56,543 nt of DNA from Atopostipes sp. (GTDB taxonomy: Bacteria > Bacillota > Bacilli > Lactobacillales > Carnobacteriaceae_A): assembly GCA_043425375.1 (NCBI GenBank), contig JBHWQC010000016.1:1-56543 (forward strand). The letters run 5' to 3'. The notes below the pieces were generated by a model that saw nothing but the letters and a program-made list of their open reading frames with translations, was not told where the DNA came from and made no database searches. Position numbers and translations under genes: made by a program. Positions 40,937-51,312 of the stretch are shown here, one piece after another; within the stretch, counting starts at the first letter, position 1; each line of letters opens with the position of its first letter.

Positions 40937-42070
40937 TTACGGTTGATAGACTCGATTGAGACGCATCCCCAATCGGCAAATTAAATCATATTGGGATTCA
41001 TTGGCTAATGCCGCCATTTCAGCAATGGAAGTGTCCCCGTCTTTGGGATCACCGATATAAGTCACTTCATCACCTATCGTCAACTCAGACACGGCGCTGC
41101 AATCCAGCATAATTTGATCCATACAGACATTCCCGATAATCGGCAGTTGCTGCCCTTTATACGTAAAGTGACCTTTATTGGACAGAGAGTAAGCCACACC
41201 ATCCGCATAGCCGATGGCGATGGTTGCGATGCGCATCGGTTCTTTTGAATAGAAGGCCCGATCATAGCCTACGCTTTCGCCGGCTGGGAAATCTTTTATA
41301 TGGGTGATGGTAGCGGTAACCGTTGCAACAGGAGCAAGTTCGATTTTCTCTCGCTGATGAATTAAAGGATTTAAACCATATAAACCCAGCCCTACGCGCA
41401 CCATATCTAAATGATAGTCGGGAAAGTTAATCGTTCCTGCAGTATTACAAGTATGGCGTATAGCAAAAGAGATATTATTTTTTTCGAATGCCTTCAAAAT
41501 AGAAGAGAATAGAGTGAATTGTTTTTGCGTAAAATCAGTTCGTGTTTCATTCGGCGAATCCGCAAAGTGAGTATAAATGCCTTCAACGAATACATAAGAG
41601 GAAGCCAGCGCCTTATACACCCCGAGCGCTTCTTCAAATGAACTAACACCCAATCGCGCCATCCCCGTATCGATTTTTAGATGCACGTTGACCGTTTTTT
41701 GCAAGGTTTCAGCGGCTTTTACAATATCTTTTGCCCTCTCTGTTGAAAAAACAGTCAATGTAATCTGTTGTTCGATTGCTTCTTTTATTTCATGAGGACG
41801 CGTCGCATTAAAAACTAAAATAGGTGTTTGAATGCCTTCCGTTCGAAGAGCAAGGGCTTCGCTGAGTTGAGCTACACCGAAATAATCCGCGGCTTGTCTC
41901 TCTTCGATAAAGTGGGCAATAGAAAGCGCTCCATGGCTATAAGCATTCGCTTTAACTACCGCCATAAATTTTGTTTTCTCATCGAGTAAGTGCTTAAAGG
42001 TGGATATATTATCAAGCAGTTTATCTGTGTGGATGACTGCTTTGGATAAAGCTGTATCTTGAATATTCAT
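40937..42070 (-). CDS. alr: Alanine racemase
   Basis: AVVKANAYSHG PLP-lysine motif; HLKIDTGMARLG, IGYADG and VCMDQ. Confidence 0.95.
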   Translation of the reverse strand: MNIQDTALSKAVIHTDKLLDNISTFKHLLDEKTKFMAVVKANAYSHGALSIAHFIEERQAADYFGVAQLSEALALRTEGIQTPILVFNATRPHEIKEAIEQQITLTVFSTERAKDIVKAAETLQKTVNVHLKIDTGMARLGVSSFEEALGVYKALASSYVFVEGIYTHFADSPNETRTDFTQKQFTLFSSILKAFEKNNISFAIRHTCNTAGTINFPDYHLDMVRVGLGLYGLNPLIHQREKIELAPVATVTATITHIKDFPAGESVGYDRAFYSKEPMRIATIAIGYADGVAYSLSNKGHFTYKGQQLPIIGNVCMDQIMLDCSAVSELTIGDEVTYIGDPKDGDTSIAEMAALANESQYDLICRLGMRLNRVYQP

Positions 42071-42224
42071 GGGTGATCGCCTTTCATTTCTTCTGTCTAT
42101 TTCAATTCATCTAATCGAATTATACCATATTTTGCTTGACTAACCGTATTTTTTGCAAGTGCGCAAGAGACCGATTAAAATAAGGACACATAAAACGATG
42201 AATGACAAGAGAGGAAGAAATAAA

Positions 42225-43532
42225 ATGAAAGCGGAGATTATTTCTGTTAGTAATGATTTATTAAATGGGAAAACCCAAGATCAAAATGTCGCCTTTTTAA
42301 CGCGGCGTTTGACGCATCTAGGGATCGAAATCAATAAAAGTGTGATGATAGCGGATAATCAAAACAATTTATTAGAGGCGATTGAAGCGGCCGAAAAAAG
42401 AGTCGATCTGTTAGTTTTTATTGGGGGATTGGGACCGAATGATAATGACATCACTAAACAAGTGATTTCCGAATATCTTGACGTCCCTCTTGTATTAGAT
42501 AAACCCTCAGAAGATAAAATCATTACCTATCATAAAAACTCAGATTTCAAGATACCTGACAATAATCAAAAACAAGCCCTGGTGTTAATTGAGTCTATCC
42601 CTATTCGAAATGCGACCGGACTCGCAGCGGGCATGTTTTATCAAAATAACGAAAAAACATATATTCTATTGCCAGGACCTTTTGATGAATTAAAACCGAC
42701 CTATGAAGAAACAGTTGATGGGTTGCTGAAGACTGAATTACTCAAAGAAGAACAATTTGAAACCAGATTTCTACGTGTATTCGGTTTTAGCGGAGCGGAA
42801 TTAAACGAACGACTTGAAGAATACCTCTCTCAAGAAGATTTTCCGATTGTCGATTTTTATGAAATGAATGAAGAATTTGAAATTGAAATCACAACCAAAT
42901 CCACCAATAAAGATGAAGCGAGTGAAGAAGCCGACCGTCTGCAAGAAGAGATTAAAAAGCGTTTAAGTAAATATGTCTTTGCAGAAGACAGTCGTTCTTT
43001 AAAAGAAACTGTCCGAACATTGTTGATTGAAAATGACTTGACGGTGACAGCCGCTGAAAGTTTAACGGGCGGAGAATTTCTCAGTGCTTTTTCAAGTTTA
43101 GAAGGCGCAGGTGAAGTCTTAGCGGGAGGTATGGTCACTTACAGTACAGAAGTAAAAAATGAAAAACTAGGCGTTTCAAAAGAAATCACTGATAAATATG
43201 GCGTCGTCAGTGCTCAATGTGCCATTGATATGGCTGACAAAGCTAAAGCGATGTTTGAAGCGGATATTGGAGTGTCCTTGACAGGCGTTGCCGGCCCTTC
43301 CTCTTTAGAAGGGGAGATACCAGGTACGGTATGGATTGGGATTGCCAAAGACGGAATGGATTCCTTTGCCAAGAAATTTCATTTTGCCTATAAGCGAAAT
43401 AAAAACCGTAAATTATCAATCGCCGCTGCCATGAATTTGATTCGACAAGTGGTTGTAAACGAGCATATCGCACAGAAAGTGACGATGGATGATAAGGTGC
43501 ATGATGAAAAAGAAGGGGAAGAATTAGAATAG
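42225..43532 (+). CDS. cinA: CinA family protein (MoCF-like domain plus PncC NMN deamidase domain)
   Basis: MKAEIISV, GGLGP, LLPGP, AAESLTGG and TGVAGP motifs; ATG 42225 follows GAGGA. Confidence 0.9.
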   Translation: MKAEIISVSNDLLNGKTQDQNVAFLTRRLTHLGIEINKSVMIADNQNNLLEAIEAAEKRVDLLVFIGGLGPNDNDITKQVISEYLDVPLVLDKPSEDKIITYHKNSDFKIPDNNQKQALVLIESIPIRNATGLAAGMFYQNNEKTYILLPGPFDELKPTYEETVDGLLKTELLKEEQFETRFLRVFGFSGAELNERLEEYLSQEDFPIVDFYEMNEEFEIEITTKSTNKDEASEEADRLQEEIKKRLSKYVFAEDSRSLKETVRTLLIENDLTVTAAESLTGGEFLSAFSSLEGAGEVLAGGMVTYSTEVKNEKLGVSKEITDKYGVVSAQCAIDMADKAKAMFEADIGVSLTGVAGPSSLEGEIPGTVWIGIAKDGMDSFAKKFHFAYKRNKNRKLSIAAAMNLIRQVVVNEHIAQKVTMDDKVHDEKEGEELE

Positions 43533-43610
43533 GAAATGAGAATGTCACTATACTTTTTTTGGTAAACTCGGTATGATAAAGCTATATTTTTAAGTAGAGG
43601 ATGTTGAGTA

Positions 43611-44384
43611 TTGAAAGCGAAAGTACACGAACGGAAGCTGAGAGTGCCCTATTTTTTAAGTGATCGCCATAGTCGAATCACCTTGCCTCATTTGATGAAT
43701 GTGCTCATTGAAATTTCAGGGGAACAAACGGCACAACTAGGAGGGCCTAAAGCAGAAGATTATGGATTCAGCTGGATTATTATCCAATACGAGCTGGATA
43801 TTCACCGCCTGCCTACAGCTAATGAAACCATTACAGTAAAAACGTATGCTAAAGAATACAATCGCATTTTTTCTTACCGAGAATTTGATGTATACGATAA
43901 AGAAGGCCATTTACTTTTGCATGTATTGACCGTCTTTGCCTTAATGGATGAAAACCGAAAATTGGCTCGTATACCAAATGACATTGCCCAACAATATGGC
44001 TCAAAAGAAAGCAAACGCATCCGCCGGTTACCTAAACCTGACAGACCTGAAGACTTGAAGGATGCTACTCAAAAAGCGTTTAATGTCCGCTATTTTGATA
44101 TCGATACGAACTTCCATGCCAATAATTCTTTGTATTATGAATGGATGCTGGATGCTCTAGCAGACGAGTTCTTATCCACGCATGACCCAGTGTATGGGAA
44201 TGTCGTCTTTGAAAAAGAGGTTCAAATCGGAGAACTGGTCGAGTCTTATGTCAATTTTGAAAAGGATAAAAATGAACAGCTCATTTCGCGCCATCAAATT
44301 AAAGTGGATGACGTCGTTAAATGTACCGGCACGTTCAAGTGGGTAGAAAATGGCAAGCAGTATGAACAGGACCTAAAAAAATAA
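43611..44384 (+). CDS. Acyl-ACP thioesterase (FatA-like)
   Basis: WIIIQYELDIHRLP and VRYFDIDTNFHANNSLY motifs. Confidence 0.9.
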   Translation: MKAKVHERKLRVPYFLSDRHSRITLPHLMNVLIEISGEQTAQLGGPKAEDYGFSWIIIQYELDIHRLPTANETITVKTYAKEYNRIFSYREFDVYDKEGHLLLHVLTVFALMDENRKLARIPNDIAQQYGSKESKRIRRLPKPDRPEDLKDATQKAFNVRYFDIDTNFHANNSLYYEWMLDALADEFLSTHDPVYGNVVFEKEVQIGELVESYVNFEKDKNEQLISRHQIKVDDVVKCTGTFKWVENGKQYEQDLKK

Positions 44385-44391
44385 AGGCGAA

Positions 44392-44423
44392 AAACTCTCG
44401 ACTATTCTTTCTGTCGAGAGTTT
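44392..44423. terminator. Bidirectional terminator
   Basis: aaactctcgac / gtcgagagttt inverted repeat. Confidence 0.75.
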
Positions 44424-44435
44424 CCTGCTAAGGCG

Positions 44436-45059
44436 TTATTGGAAAAAAGGGTTGGTTTGTTTTTCTTTGCCGATGGTTGTCGCTTCCCCGTGGCCCGGGT
44501 AAACGCGAAATGTATCCGGTAAAGAAAATAATTGGGCACGTACGCCTGGGATTAACTTTTCAGGCGCGCTGCCCGGTAAATCTGTGCGGCCGACGCTCCC
44601 AGCAAACAAGGCATCCCCTGATAAAACGGTCTCGTCATCTTCGAAAATGAAAGACACACTGCCTGGCGAATGGCCGGGAGTTGAAACGACCGTAAATGAA
44701 AAATCAGCGATGTGAATGGTTTCTTCCGGTTCAAAGAAGGCATCGGCTGGTTTCACTCGGATAGGATTCCCTACAAGACCCGATAAGTTTTTAGTCGGAT
44801 CCGCTAACCATTCTTTTTCTTTGGCCGCCACATATAAAGGGATTGCATATTCATCCCGCATCGCCTCCACCGCACCGATATGGTCGTAATGCGTATGGGT
44901 CAATAACACAGCCACCGGCTCGACCTTTAATTGTACAATCGTCTGTTTAATCAAATCGGCTTGGTCACCTGGATCTACAATTAGAGCTTGTGTTTCGTTT
45001 GCGAGGATATAACAGTTTGCTTGCGCCATGCCCACCGGCAAGGTTTGGATGCTTAACAT
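44436..45059 (-). CDS. MBL-fold metallo-hydrolase (glyoxalase II-like)
   Basis: THTHYDHIG, TPGHSPG, SGDALF and PGHG motifs. Confidence 0.93.
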   Translation of the reverse strand: MLSIQTLPVGMAQANCYILANETQALIVDPGDQADLIKQTIVQLKVEPVAVLLTHTHYDHIGAVEAMRDEYAIPLYVAAKEKEWLADPTKNLSGLVGNPIRVKPADAFFEPEETIHIADFSFTVVSTPGHSPGSVSFIFEDDETVLSGDALFAGSVGRTDLPGSAPEKLIPGVRAQLFSLPDTFRVYPGHGEATTIGKEKQTNPFFQ

Positions 45060-45231
45060 AATGAAAGTTCCTTTCTAAAATGCTTTTTTCTTTTTTAAGT
45101 ATAACGAAAGCCATTGATAAAAAACAATGATTTACTGGATAGGGCAGGTCCCTAAGCACAAAACTATACGAAAGCAAAATAAAATGATACACTGCATAAG
45201 AATGAATTTACTGTGTTAGAGGAGTAAAAAC

Positions 45232-45696
45232 ATGGCTACTATAGTCACTGAAAATGAAAAAGAAACTATCGCCTTCGCCAAAAAACTGTCGGGCTATCTT
45301 AAGCCCGGGATGTTGATTTTGCTTGAAGGGGATTTAGGAGCAGGTAAAACAACCTTCACTAAAGGCATTGGTGAAGGATTAGGAATAGCACGCATCATAA
45401 AAAGTCCTACCTACACTATTGTTCGAGAATATACCGAAGGAAGAATTCCTTTATACCACATTGATCTGTACCGATTAGAGGAAGGTGAAGTCGAAGATTT
45501 AGGTTTGGATGAATATTTTATGAAAGACGGTGTTTCTGTCGTTGAATGGCCATCCGTGGCTTTGGACGAATTACCGCCGGAACGTTTGGAATTAAAACTG
45601 TCGACCGACTCAGAGACACCAAACCAACGAAAGATTGAATGCACAGCTGTTGGCCGCCAATACGAACAACTGCTTGCATCACTTCATAAAAAGTAA
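45232..45696 (+). CDS. tsaE: tRNA t6A biosynthesis ATPase TsaE
   Basis: GDLGAGKTT, SPTYTI, HIDLYRL and VEW motifs. Confidence 0.97.
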   Translation: MATIVTENEKETIAFAKKLSGYLKPGMLILLEGDLGAGKTTFTKGIGEGLGIARIIKSPTYTIVREYTEGRIPLYHIDLYRLEEGEVEDLGLDEYFMKDGVSVVEWPSVALDELPPERLELKLSTDSETPNQRKIECTAVGRQYEQLLASLHKK

Positions 45697-45729
45697 CCGA
45701 CGATTCAAGTGGAAAATAGGTAAAAACCA

Positions 45730-45758
45730 TTGCTTTTTGCGTATGGTTTACTTATACT
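45730..45758 (+). promoter_or_regulatory. sigma-A promoter of the riboswitch leader
   Basis: TTGCTT-17 bp-TATACT. Confidence 0.7.
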
Positions 45759-45776
45759 ATTTCTAACTGAATATTT

Positions 45777-45880
45777 CATAAGGGAGTAACTAGAGGGATG
45801 CCCCTCGTCAGTATCAACAACGATAAGTGACTAAGCGTCAATTAGTCAACTGGTACTGTACTTAAATAGTGAGACTTATG
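45777..45880 (+). ncRNA. yybP-ykoY (Mn2+-sensing) riboswitch aptamer
   Basis: P1 CATAAG/CTTATG with GGAGTA and GAGA internal-loop strands, ACTA/TAGT, P2 GAGGG/CCCTC, P3 CAGTA/TACTG with a TCAACA loop. Upstream of a P2A ATPase, as for Lactococcus yoaB. Confidence 0.88.
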
Positions 45881-45926
45881 CCGTGTAGTTTATGAAGACT
45901 GTGTTGGCATAAGTCTTTTTGTTTTT
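45872..45926 (+). terminator. Riboswitch expression-platform terminator
   Basis: agacttatgcc / ggcataagtct plus T-run; the 5' arm overlaps the 3' strand of aptamer P1. Confidence 0.85.
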
Positions 45927-45979
45927 ATAGTGAGACTTTTGAAAGAAAGTTGAAAGAATTAAAAGGAGGAAAAAGAAAA

Positions 45980-48685
45980 ATGAAAGATATAGAGTCTTAT
46001 CGTCAATCGTCAGAAGAGATTCTCTCTCAATTCGACACGAATGTTCAAACAGGTCTTAGCGCGCAAGAAGCGACCGACCGATTAGAAAAGTATGGTCCAA
46101 ACGAAATCCAAGAAGCGGAAAGAACGACGACGTTTCAAAAGTTTATTGCCCAATTTAAGGATTTTATGATTATTGTTTTAATGGTGGCGGCTGTAGTTTC
46201 ATGGTTGGTCAGCGGGCACATCGAAGATGCTGTTGTTATTATGATTGTGGTTATTTTAAACGCGATTATGGGTGTCTTCCAAGAAAATAAAGCCGAAGAA
46301 GCGATTGATGCATTGCAGCAAATGGCTTCTCCAGAAGCGCAAGTACGCCGTGACGGGAAAATCCAAGTGATGAAAAGTACAGAAATTGTACCGGGAGATA
46401 TTGTGCTTTTAGAAGCTGGAGATGTTGTGCCGGCGGATATGCGTTTAGTTGAGGCGAACTCACTGCAAGCGGAAGAGGCTGCTTTAACCGGTGAATCGGT
46501 GGCTTCAGAAAAAGATACTCAAACTATTGAAGGTGAAGTAGGGATCGGAGATCGAAACAACATGGTCTTCTCAAGCACCAACGTCACTTACGGACGTGGT
46601 TTAGGTGTAGTTACAGGAACAGGAATGGATACTGAAGTGGGTCATATCGCTTCAATGCTTGAAACCACTGAATCTCAGTTGACTCCTTTACAAAAAGACC
46701 AAGAACAACTTGGTAAAACATTAACTTACCTGATTATAGGTATCGCCATTCTTACGTTTATTGTAGGGACAGTTGTTCAAGATATTCCATGGGATCAAAT
46801 GCTGCTTGTTGCTGTATCATTAGCGGTTGCTGCTATTCCGGAAGGTTTACCAGCGATCACAACGATTATTCTGTCAATCGGTACACAAAACATGGCTAAC
46901 CGAAATGCCTTAGTGCGTTCGCTGCCAGCTGTTGAAACCCTAGGAAGTACACAAATTATTGCTTCAGATAAAACAGGTACACTGACGGTTAACGAAATGA
47001 CCATTGAGAAAGTGTATTATGATGGTGAAATCCATGATGCGGATGAACCAATTGATTTAAATCATCCGTTAGTCCGTTCGACTTCTTTTGCAAACGATGC
47101 AGATACCGATGCAAATGACAATTTAGTCGGAGATCCAACAGAAATTGCGATGATTAAATACGCATTAGATAAAGGCTTTGAGCTAGAAAATGAATTAAAA
47201 AAGACACCACGGGTAGAAGAAGTGCCTTTTGAATCAGATCGAAAATTAATGTCTACGATTCACAAGCTAGAAGATGGTCGTTACCTTGTGGCTGTAAAAG
47301 GAGCGCCTGATCAGTTAATCAAGCGTGTTGCTAACATCTACAACAACGGTGAAGTTTCAGAATTTACTGAAGCAGATGAAAAAGATATTTTAGAGTCAAA
47401 CGAACAACTGGCTCGACAAGCCTTACGTGTCTTAGCAGGTGCTTACAAAATTATTGATGAGCTGCCCGCTGAAATCAATTCAGAAACGGTTGAGAATGAC
47501 TTAACCTTTGCTGGATTAGTGGCAATGATTGACCCCGAGCGTGAAGAAGCACGAGCTTCTATTGAGACAGCGCGTCGTGCGGGCATCCGTACAATTATGA
47601 TTACAGGTGACCATGCGATTACGGCTCAAGCCATTGCGGAACGTTTAACGATTTTAGACAAAGACGATCCAAATAATGAAGAACATGTTTTAACTGGTGC
47701 TCAATTAAATGCTATGAGTGATGAAGAATTAGCTAATAAGGTTGAAGACGTCTCTGTTTACGCACGCGTATCGCCAGAACATAAAGTTCGAATTATTCGC
47801 GCATGGCAATCAAAAGATAAAGTAATTTCCATGACAGGTGACGGGGTAAACGATGCACCATCACTAAAACAAGCAAACATTGGTGTAGGGATGGGTATTA
47901 CAGGTACAGAAGTATCAAAAGGAGCCTCAGATATGGTGCTTGCGGATGATAACTTCGCGACCATCGTTCATGCAGTGGAAGAAGGACGTAAAGTATTTGC
48001 GAACATCCAAAAAGCTGTTCAGTATCTCTTGTCTGCAAACTTAGGTGAAGTGATCACTTTATTTGTGGCTACTTTATTGGGCTGGCAAATACTGGAACCT
48101 ATCCATATTTTATGGATTAACGTAGTTACAGTCGTATTCCCGGCGATTGCCTTAGGGATGGAAGAAGCAGAGAAAGACAGTATGGAACAAGCGCCGCGTG
48201 AACCAGGTTCAAGTTTCCTTTCAAATGGTGTCTTGCCAAGTATTGGATACCAAGGGGTGCTTGAAGGAGCCATTACTTTATTCGTTTACTGGGTCGGCAT
48301 TACACACTATGCCCCGTCTATCGGAATGAGCGGCGATCAAGCTGTTAACTTAGCGGAAACAATGGCCTTTGCAACATTAGGGACGATTCAGCTGTTCCAT
48401 GCCTTTAACGTAAAACACATTTTTAATTCGTTATTTAGTGATAATCCGTTTAACAATAAATATTTAAATGGTGCCTCATTGCTGTCAGGTGTATTGCTTT
48501 ACGGAGTGATTTTAATTCCAGGAATCAATGATTTCTTTGACGTCACTCTTCCAACCACAGCAGAAGGCTGGATGATTATTGTAGCTGCTTCATTTAGCAT
48601 TATTGTTTTAGTAGAAATCATCAAATTTATTCTACGTAAAACAGGAGTTGCTGCGAAATACCAGAAAAAAGGTACACAAGCTTAA
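45980..48685 (+). CDS. P2A-type cation (Ca2+/Mn2+) transporting ATPase, YoaB/LMCA1-like
   Basis: TGES, PEGL, DKTGT, KGAP, TGD and GDGVNDAP motifs; ATG 45980 follows AAGGAGG. TM6 Asp replaced by Val (see findings). Confidence 0.93.
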   Translation: MKDIESYRQSSEEILSQFDTNVQTGLSAQEATDRLEKYGPNEIQEAERTTTFQKFIAQFKDFMIIVLMVAAVVSWLVSGHIEDAVVIMIVVILNAIMGVFQENKAEEAIDALQQMASPEAQVRRDGKIQVMKSTEIVPGDIVLLEAGDVVPADMRLVEANSLQAEEAALTGESVASEKDTQTIEGEVGIGDRNNMVFSSTNVTYGRGLGVVTGTGMDTEVGHIASMLETTESQLTPLQKDQEQLGKTLTYLIIGIAILTFIVGTVVQDIPWDQMLLVAVSLAVAAIPEGLPAITTIILSIGTQNMANRNALVRSLPAVETLGSTQIIASDKTGTLTVNEMTIEKVYYDGEIHDADEPIDLNHPLVRSTSFANDADTDANDNLVGDPTEIAMIKYALDKGFELENELKKTPRVEEVPFESDRKLMSTIHKLEDGRYLVAVKGAPDQLIKRVANIYNNGEVSEFTEADEKDILESNEQLARQALRVLAGAYKIIDELPAEINSETVENDLTFAGLVAMIDPEREEARASIETARRAGIRTIMITGDHAITAQAIAERLTILDKDDPNNEEHVLTGAQLNAMSDEELANKVEDVSVYARVSPEHKVRIIRAWQSKDKVISMTGDGVNDAPSLKQANIGVGMGITGTEVSKGASDMVLADDNFATIVHAVEEGRKVFANIQKAVQYLLSANLGEVITLFVATLLGWQILEPIHILWINVVTVVFPAIALGMEEAEKDSMEQAPREPGSSFLSNGVLPSIGYQGVLEGAITLFVYWVGITHYAPSIGMSGDQAVNLAETMAFATLGTIQLFHAFNVKHIFNSLFSDNPFNNKYLNGASLLSGVLLYGVILIPGINDFFDVTLPTTAEGWMIIVAASFSIIVLVEIIKFILRKTGVAAKYQKKGTQA

Positions 48686-48711
48686 GCGTTTGGATTATAA
48701 TAGAGATAATA

Positions 48712-48750
48712 AGAAAAGTGGTTTAGTTATTATAACTAAACCCTTTTTCT
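48712..48750 (+). terminator. Intrinsic terminator after the P2A ATPase
   Basis: ggtttagtta / taactaaacc plus T-run. Confidence 0.75.
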
Positions 48751-48805
48751 ATAGTTGCACGGTAACCGAGTATATTTTATTATTCAGTAAGGAGAGAGTT
48801 GAGAT

Positions 48806-50200
48806 ATGGATTCATCCGGGAGTTCCCTGATTACACAGTTAATCATTATTATTCTTTTAACACTGGTGAATGCTTTTTTTGCTGCGGCAGAGATTGCATT
48901 TGTATCAATTAACAATTCAAAAGTACGCCGTTTAGCGGAAGAAGGCGACAAAAAAGCCGAGCGTGTGCTGACATTACTTGAAGAAAGTGACAACTTCTTG
49001 GCGACGATTCAAGTAGCCATTACTTTTGCGGGCTTCTTATCTAGTGCGCAGGCAGCCACAAGTTTTGCGGTTGCTTTAGGAGATGTTTTACCTAACTTCG
49101 CGGGGGCACAGACGTTAGCGACTGTGATTGTTACATTGATTCTATCGTATTTCACATTGGTATTTGGTGAATTATTTCCAAAGCAAGTTGCCTTGCAGAT
49201 GCCTGAAACCATTGCGATGGGGACCAGCGGGGTTATCGCCTTTACACAAAAGATTTTCAGACCGTTTATTTGGTTGTTGTCTGCTTCAACCGGCTTGCTG
49301 CAAAAAATCGCACCAATTGACTTCACCCAATCGGAAGAAAAGTTCACGCGTGAGGAAATGCGTGTGATTATCGAAGAAAGTCGTAAAAGTGACAGTTTTG
49401 ATACGGATGAATTGGATATGATGGAAGGGGTTCTCTCATTAGACACAATGGTGGCGCGTGGCGTGATGGTTCCGCGGACAGATACAGTGATGCTAGATAT
49501 TAATGCACCTTATGAGGAAAACTTAACTAAAATTATTGACAGTCCTTATTCGAGGATTCCCATCTATAGAGAAGACAAAGACAATGTGATTGGCGTGTTG
49601 CATGTGAAGAACTTGCTGAAAGAAGCAAGCACACATGGATTTGAGAATTTAGATTTAATGGAAATTGCCAATCCACCAATGTTGGTACCGTCTACCGTTT
49701 ATACAGATGACTTGTTGATTGAATTTCAACGTGAACAGCAGCATATGGCGATTTTAATTGATGAATATGGTGGAGTCGAAGGAATTGTGACCATGGAGGA
49801 TTTACTGGAAGAAATTGTGGGAGAAATTGATGATGAATCGGATATTACAACACTCGGCGACATCCGAGTCATTGATGACTATAATTTTTATCTCAATGGC
49901 GCTATCACCCTTGAAGAATTCAATGATTACTTTGATGAAGATATTGAATCAGATGAAGTCGACACCGTCGCTGGGTTTATCATCCACCATATTGGCTATG
50001 TGCCCGATGTGGATGAACGCGTATCGGTTCGAGTAAACGACTATGTGTTGACAACAAGTGATATTCAAAATGGCCGAATCTACGGGGTCTTGTTGAATCT
50101 GGATGAAGAGCGCATGATTGAAGTGGATTATATTGTGCAAGACGATCTCACTTATGCAGAGACATTAATTCAACCAGAAATAGATACAGAGGATAAATAA
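48806..50200 (+). CDS. HlyC/CorC (CNNM-CBS) family Mg2+ transport protein
   Basis: NAFFAAAEIA, FGELFPK, VMVPRT, YSRIP, DEYGG and EDLLEEIVGEI motifs. Confidence 0.93.
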   Translation: MDSSGSSLITQLIIIILLTLVNAFFAAAEIAFVSINNSKVRRLAEEGDKKAERVLTLLEESDNFLATIQVAITFAGFLSSAQAATSFAVALGDVLPNFAGAQTLATVIVTLILSYFTLVFGELFPKQVALQMPETIAMGTSGVIAFTQKIFRPFIWLLSASTGLLQKIAPIDFTQSEEKFTREEMRVIIEESRKSDSFDTDELDMMEGVLSLDTMVARGVMVPRTDTVMLDINAPYEENLTKIIDSPYSRIPIYREDKDNVIGVLHVKNLLKEASTHGFENLDLMEIANPPMLVPSTVYTDDLLIEFQREQQHMAILIDEYGGVEGIVTMEDLLEEIVGEIDDESDITTLGDIRVIDDYNFYLNGAITLEEFNDYFDEDIESDEVDTVAGFIIHHIGYVPDVDERVSVRVNDYVLTTSDIQNGRIYGVLLNLDEERMIEVDYIVQDDLTYAETLIQPEIDTEDK

Positions 50201-50208
50201 AGAGCAAT

Positions 50209-50246
50209 AAACACCTACTTAAAGCCTTTAGGCAAGTAGGTGTTTT
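50209..50246 (+). terminator. Intrinsic terminator after the CorC-family gene
   Basis: aacacctactt / aagtaggtgtt plus T-run. Confidence 0.8.
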
Positions 50247-50380
50247 GTTGTATACGACTAGGAGGAAAGTGGGATACGGATAAGAATGGAAACGTTATTA
50301 AGAGAAAAGGGCTATAATTATTGAGTTTTTCATGTTATCATAGATACGCAAAAAATACGACCATGAAAGGGTGTGTTTAA

Positions 50381-51304
50381 TTGCTGAAAGGAAAGAGTCG
50401 AGTGGATTATACTGAACTGTTTAAAGAACATCCAAACTTAATTGTAAAAGAAGATGAACCATTATCAAAATATACCTACACAGAAACAGGCGGCCCAGCG
50501 GATCTCCTTTTCTTCCCTCAAACAATCGAAGAAGTGCAAACGGTTATTGAATGGGTCAAAGAGGAAGAATATCCGTTAACTATTCTTGGAAATGCGAGTA
50601 ATTTAATTGTGCGCGATGGCGGCATTCGCGGTGTGACGGTTATCTTAACTGAATTGAACACGATTCATGTGGACGGGTCAACCATGGTTGTCCAAGCAGG
50701 AGCGCCCATTATTGAAGTCAGCCAAACTGCTTTAGCACATGAACTGACAGGGCTTGAATTTGCTTGCGGAATTCCTGGCAGTACGGGCGGGGCAGTGTAT
50801 ATGAATGCCGGTGCGTATGAAGGGGAAGTCAAAGATGTGATTGAAAAAGTTACCCTATTAACGCGCGACGGCGAAATTTATGAAGCCAGCAATGAAGACA
50901 TGGCTTTTACTTATCGACACAGCATCCTGCAAAAAACGAATGATATTGTACTAGATGTGACGTTTAAATTGAAACGGGGCAAAGAAGAAAAAATTAAAGA
51001 ACGGATGGATGAGTTAACATTTCTGCGAACCTCCAAACAACCTTTGGAATATCCATCATGTGGCTCCGTCTTTAAACGCCCACCAGGCCATTTTACAGGC
51101 AAACTTATTCAAGATGCTAACCTGCAAGGGCTGACTTGGGGCGGCGCGCAAATTTCAACCAAACATGCCGGTTTTATTGTGAATATTGATGGCGCGACGG
51201 CGACGGACTATATTGAATTAATTCAACATATTCAAACTGTCATCTTGGAGAAATTTGATGTGCAACTGGAAAGAGAAGTTCGCATTATTGGAGAAAGTAT
51301 TTAA
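50381..51304 (+). CDS. murB: UDP-N-acetylenolpyruvoylglucosamine reductase
   Basis: [36 protein letters not shown] and LEREV motifs; start is TTG 50381 or GTG 50402. Confidence 0.97.
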   Translation: MLKGKSRVDYTELFKEHPNLIVKEDEPLSKYTYTETGGPADLLFFPQTIEEVQTVIEWVKEEEYPLTILGNASNLIVRDGGIRGVTVILTELNTIHVDGSTMVVQAGAPIIEVSQTALAHELTGLEFACGIPGSTGGAVYMNAGAYEGEVKDVIEKVTLLTRDGEIYEASNEDMAFTYRHSILQKTNDIVLDVTFKLKRGKEEKIKERMDELTFLRTSKQPLEYPSCGSVFKRPPGHFTGKLIQDANLQGLTWGGAQISTKHAGFIVNIDGATATDYIELIQHIQTVILEKFDVQLEREVRIIGESI

Positions 51305-51312
51305 TCGATTGC

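Noticed and set aside
45095..45220. Short repeated words (tata(a)cgaaagc, aatga(a)tttactg) in the divergent promoter region before tsaE
   Set aside because: Short, AT-rich and irregularly spaced; cannot be distinguished from chance.
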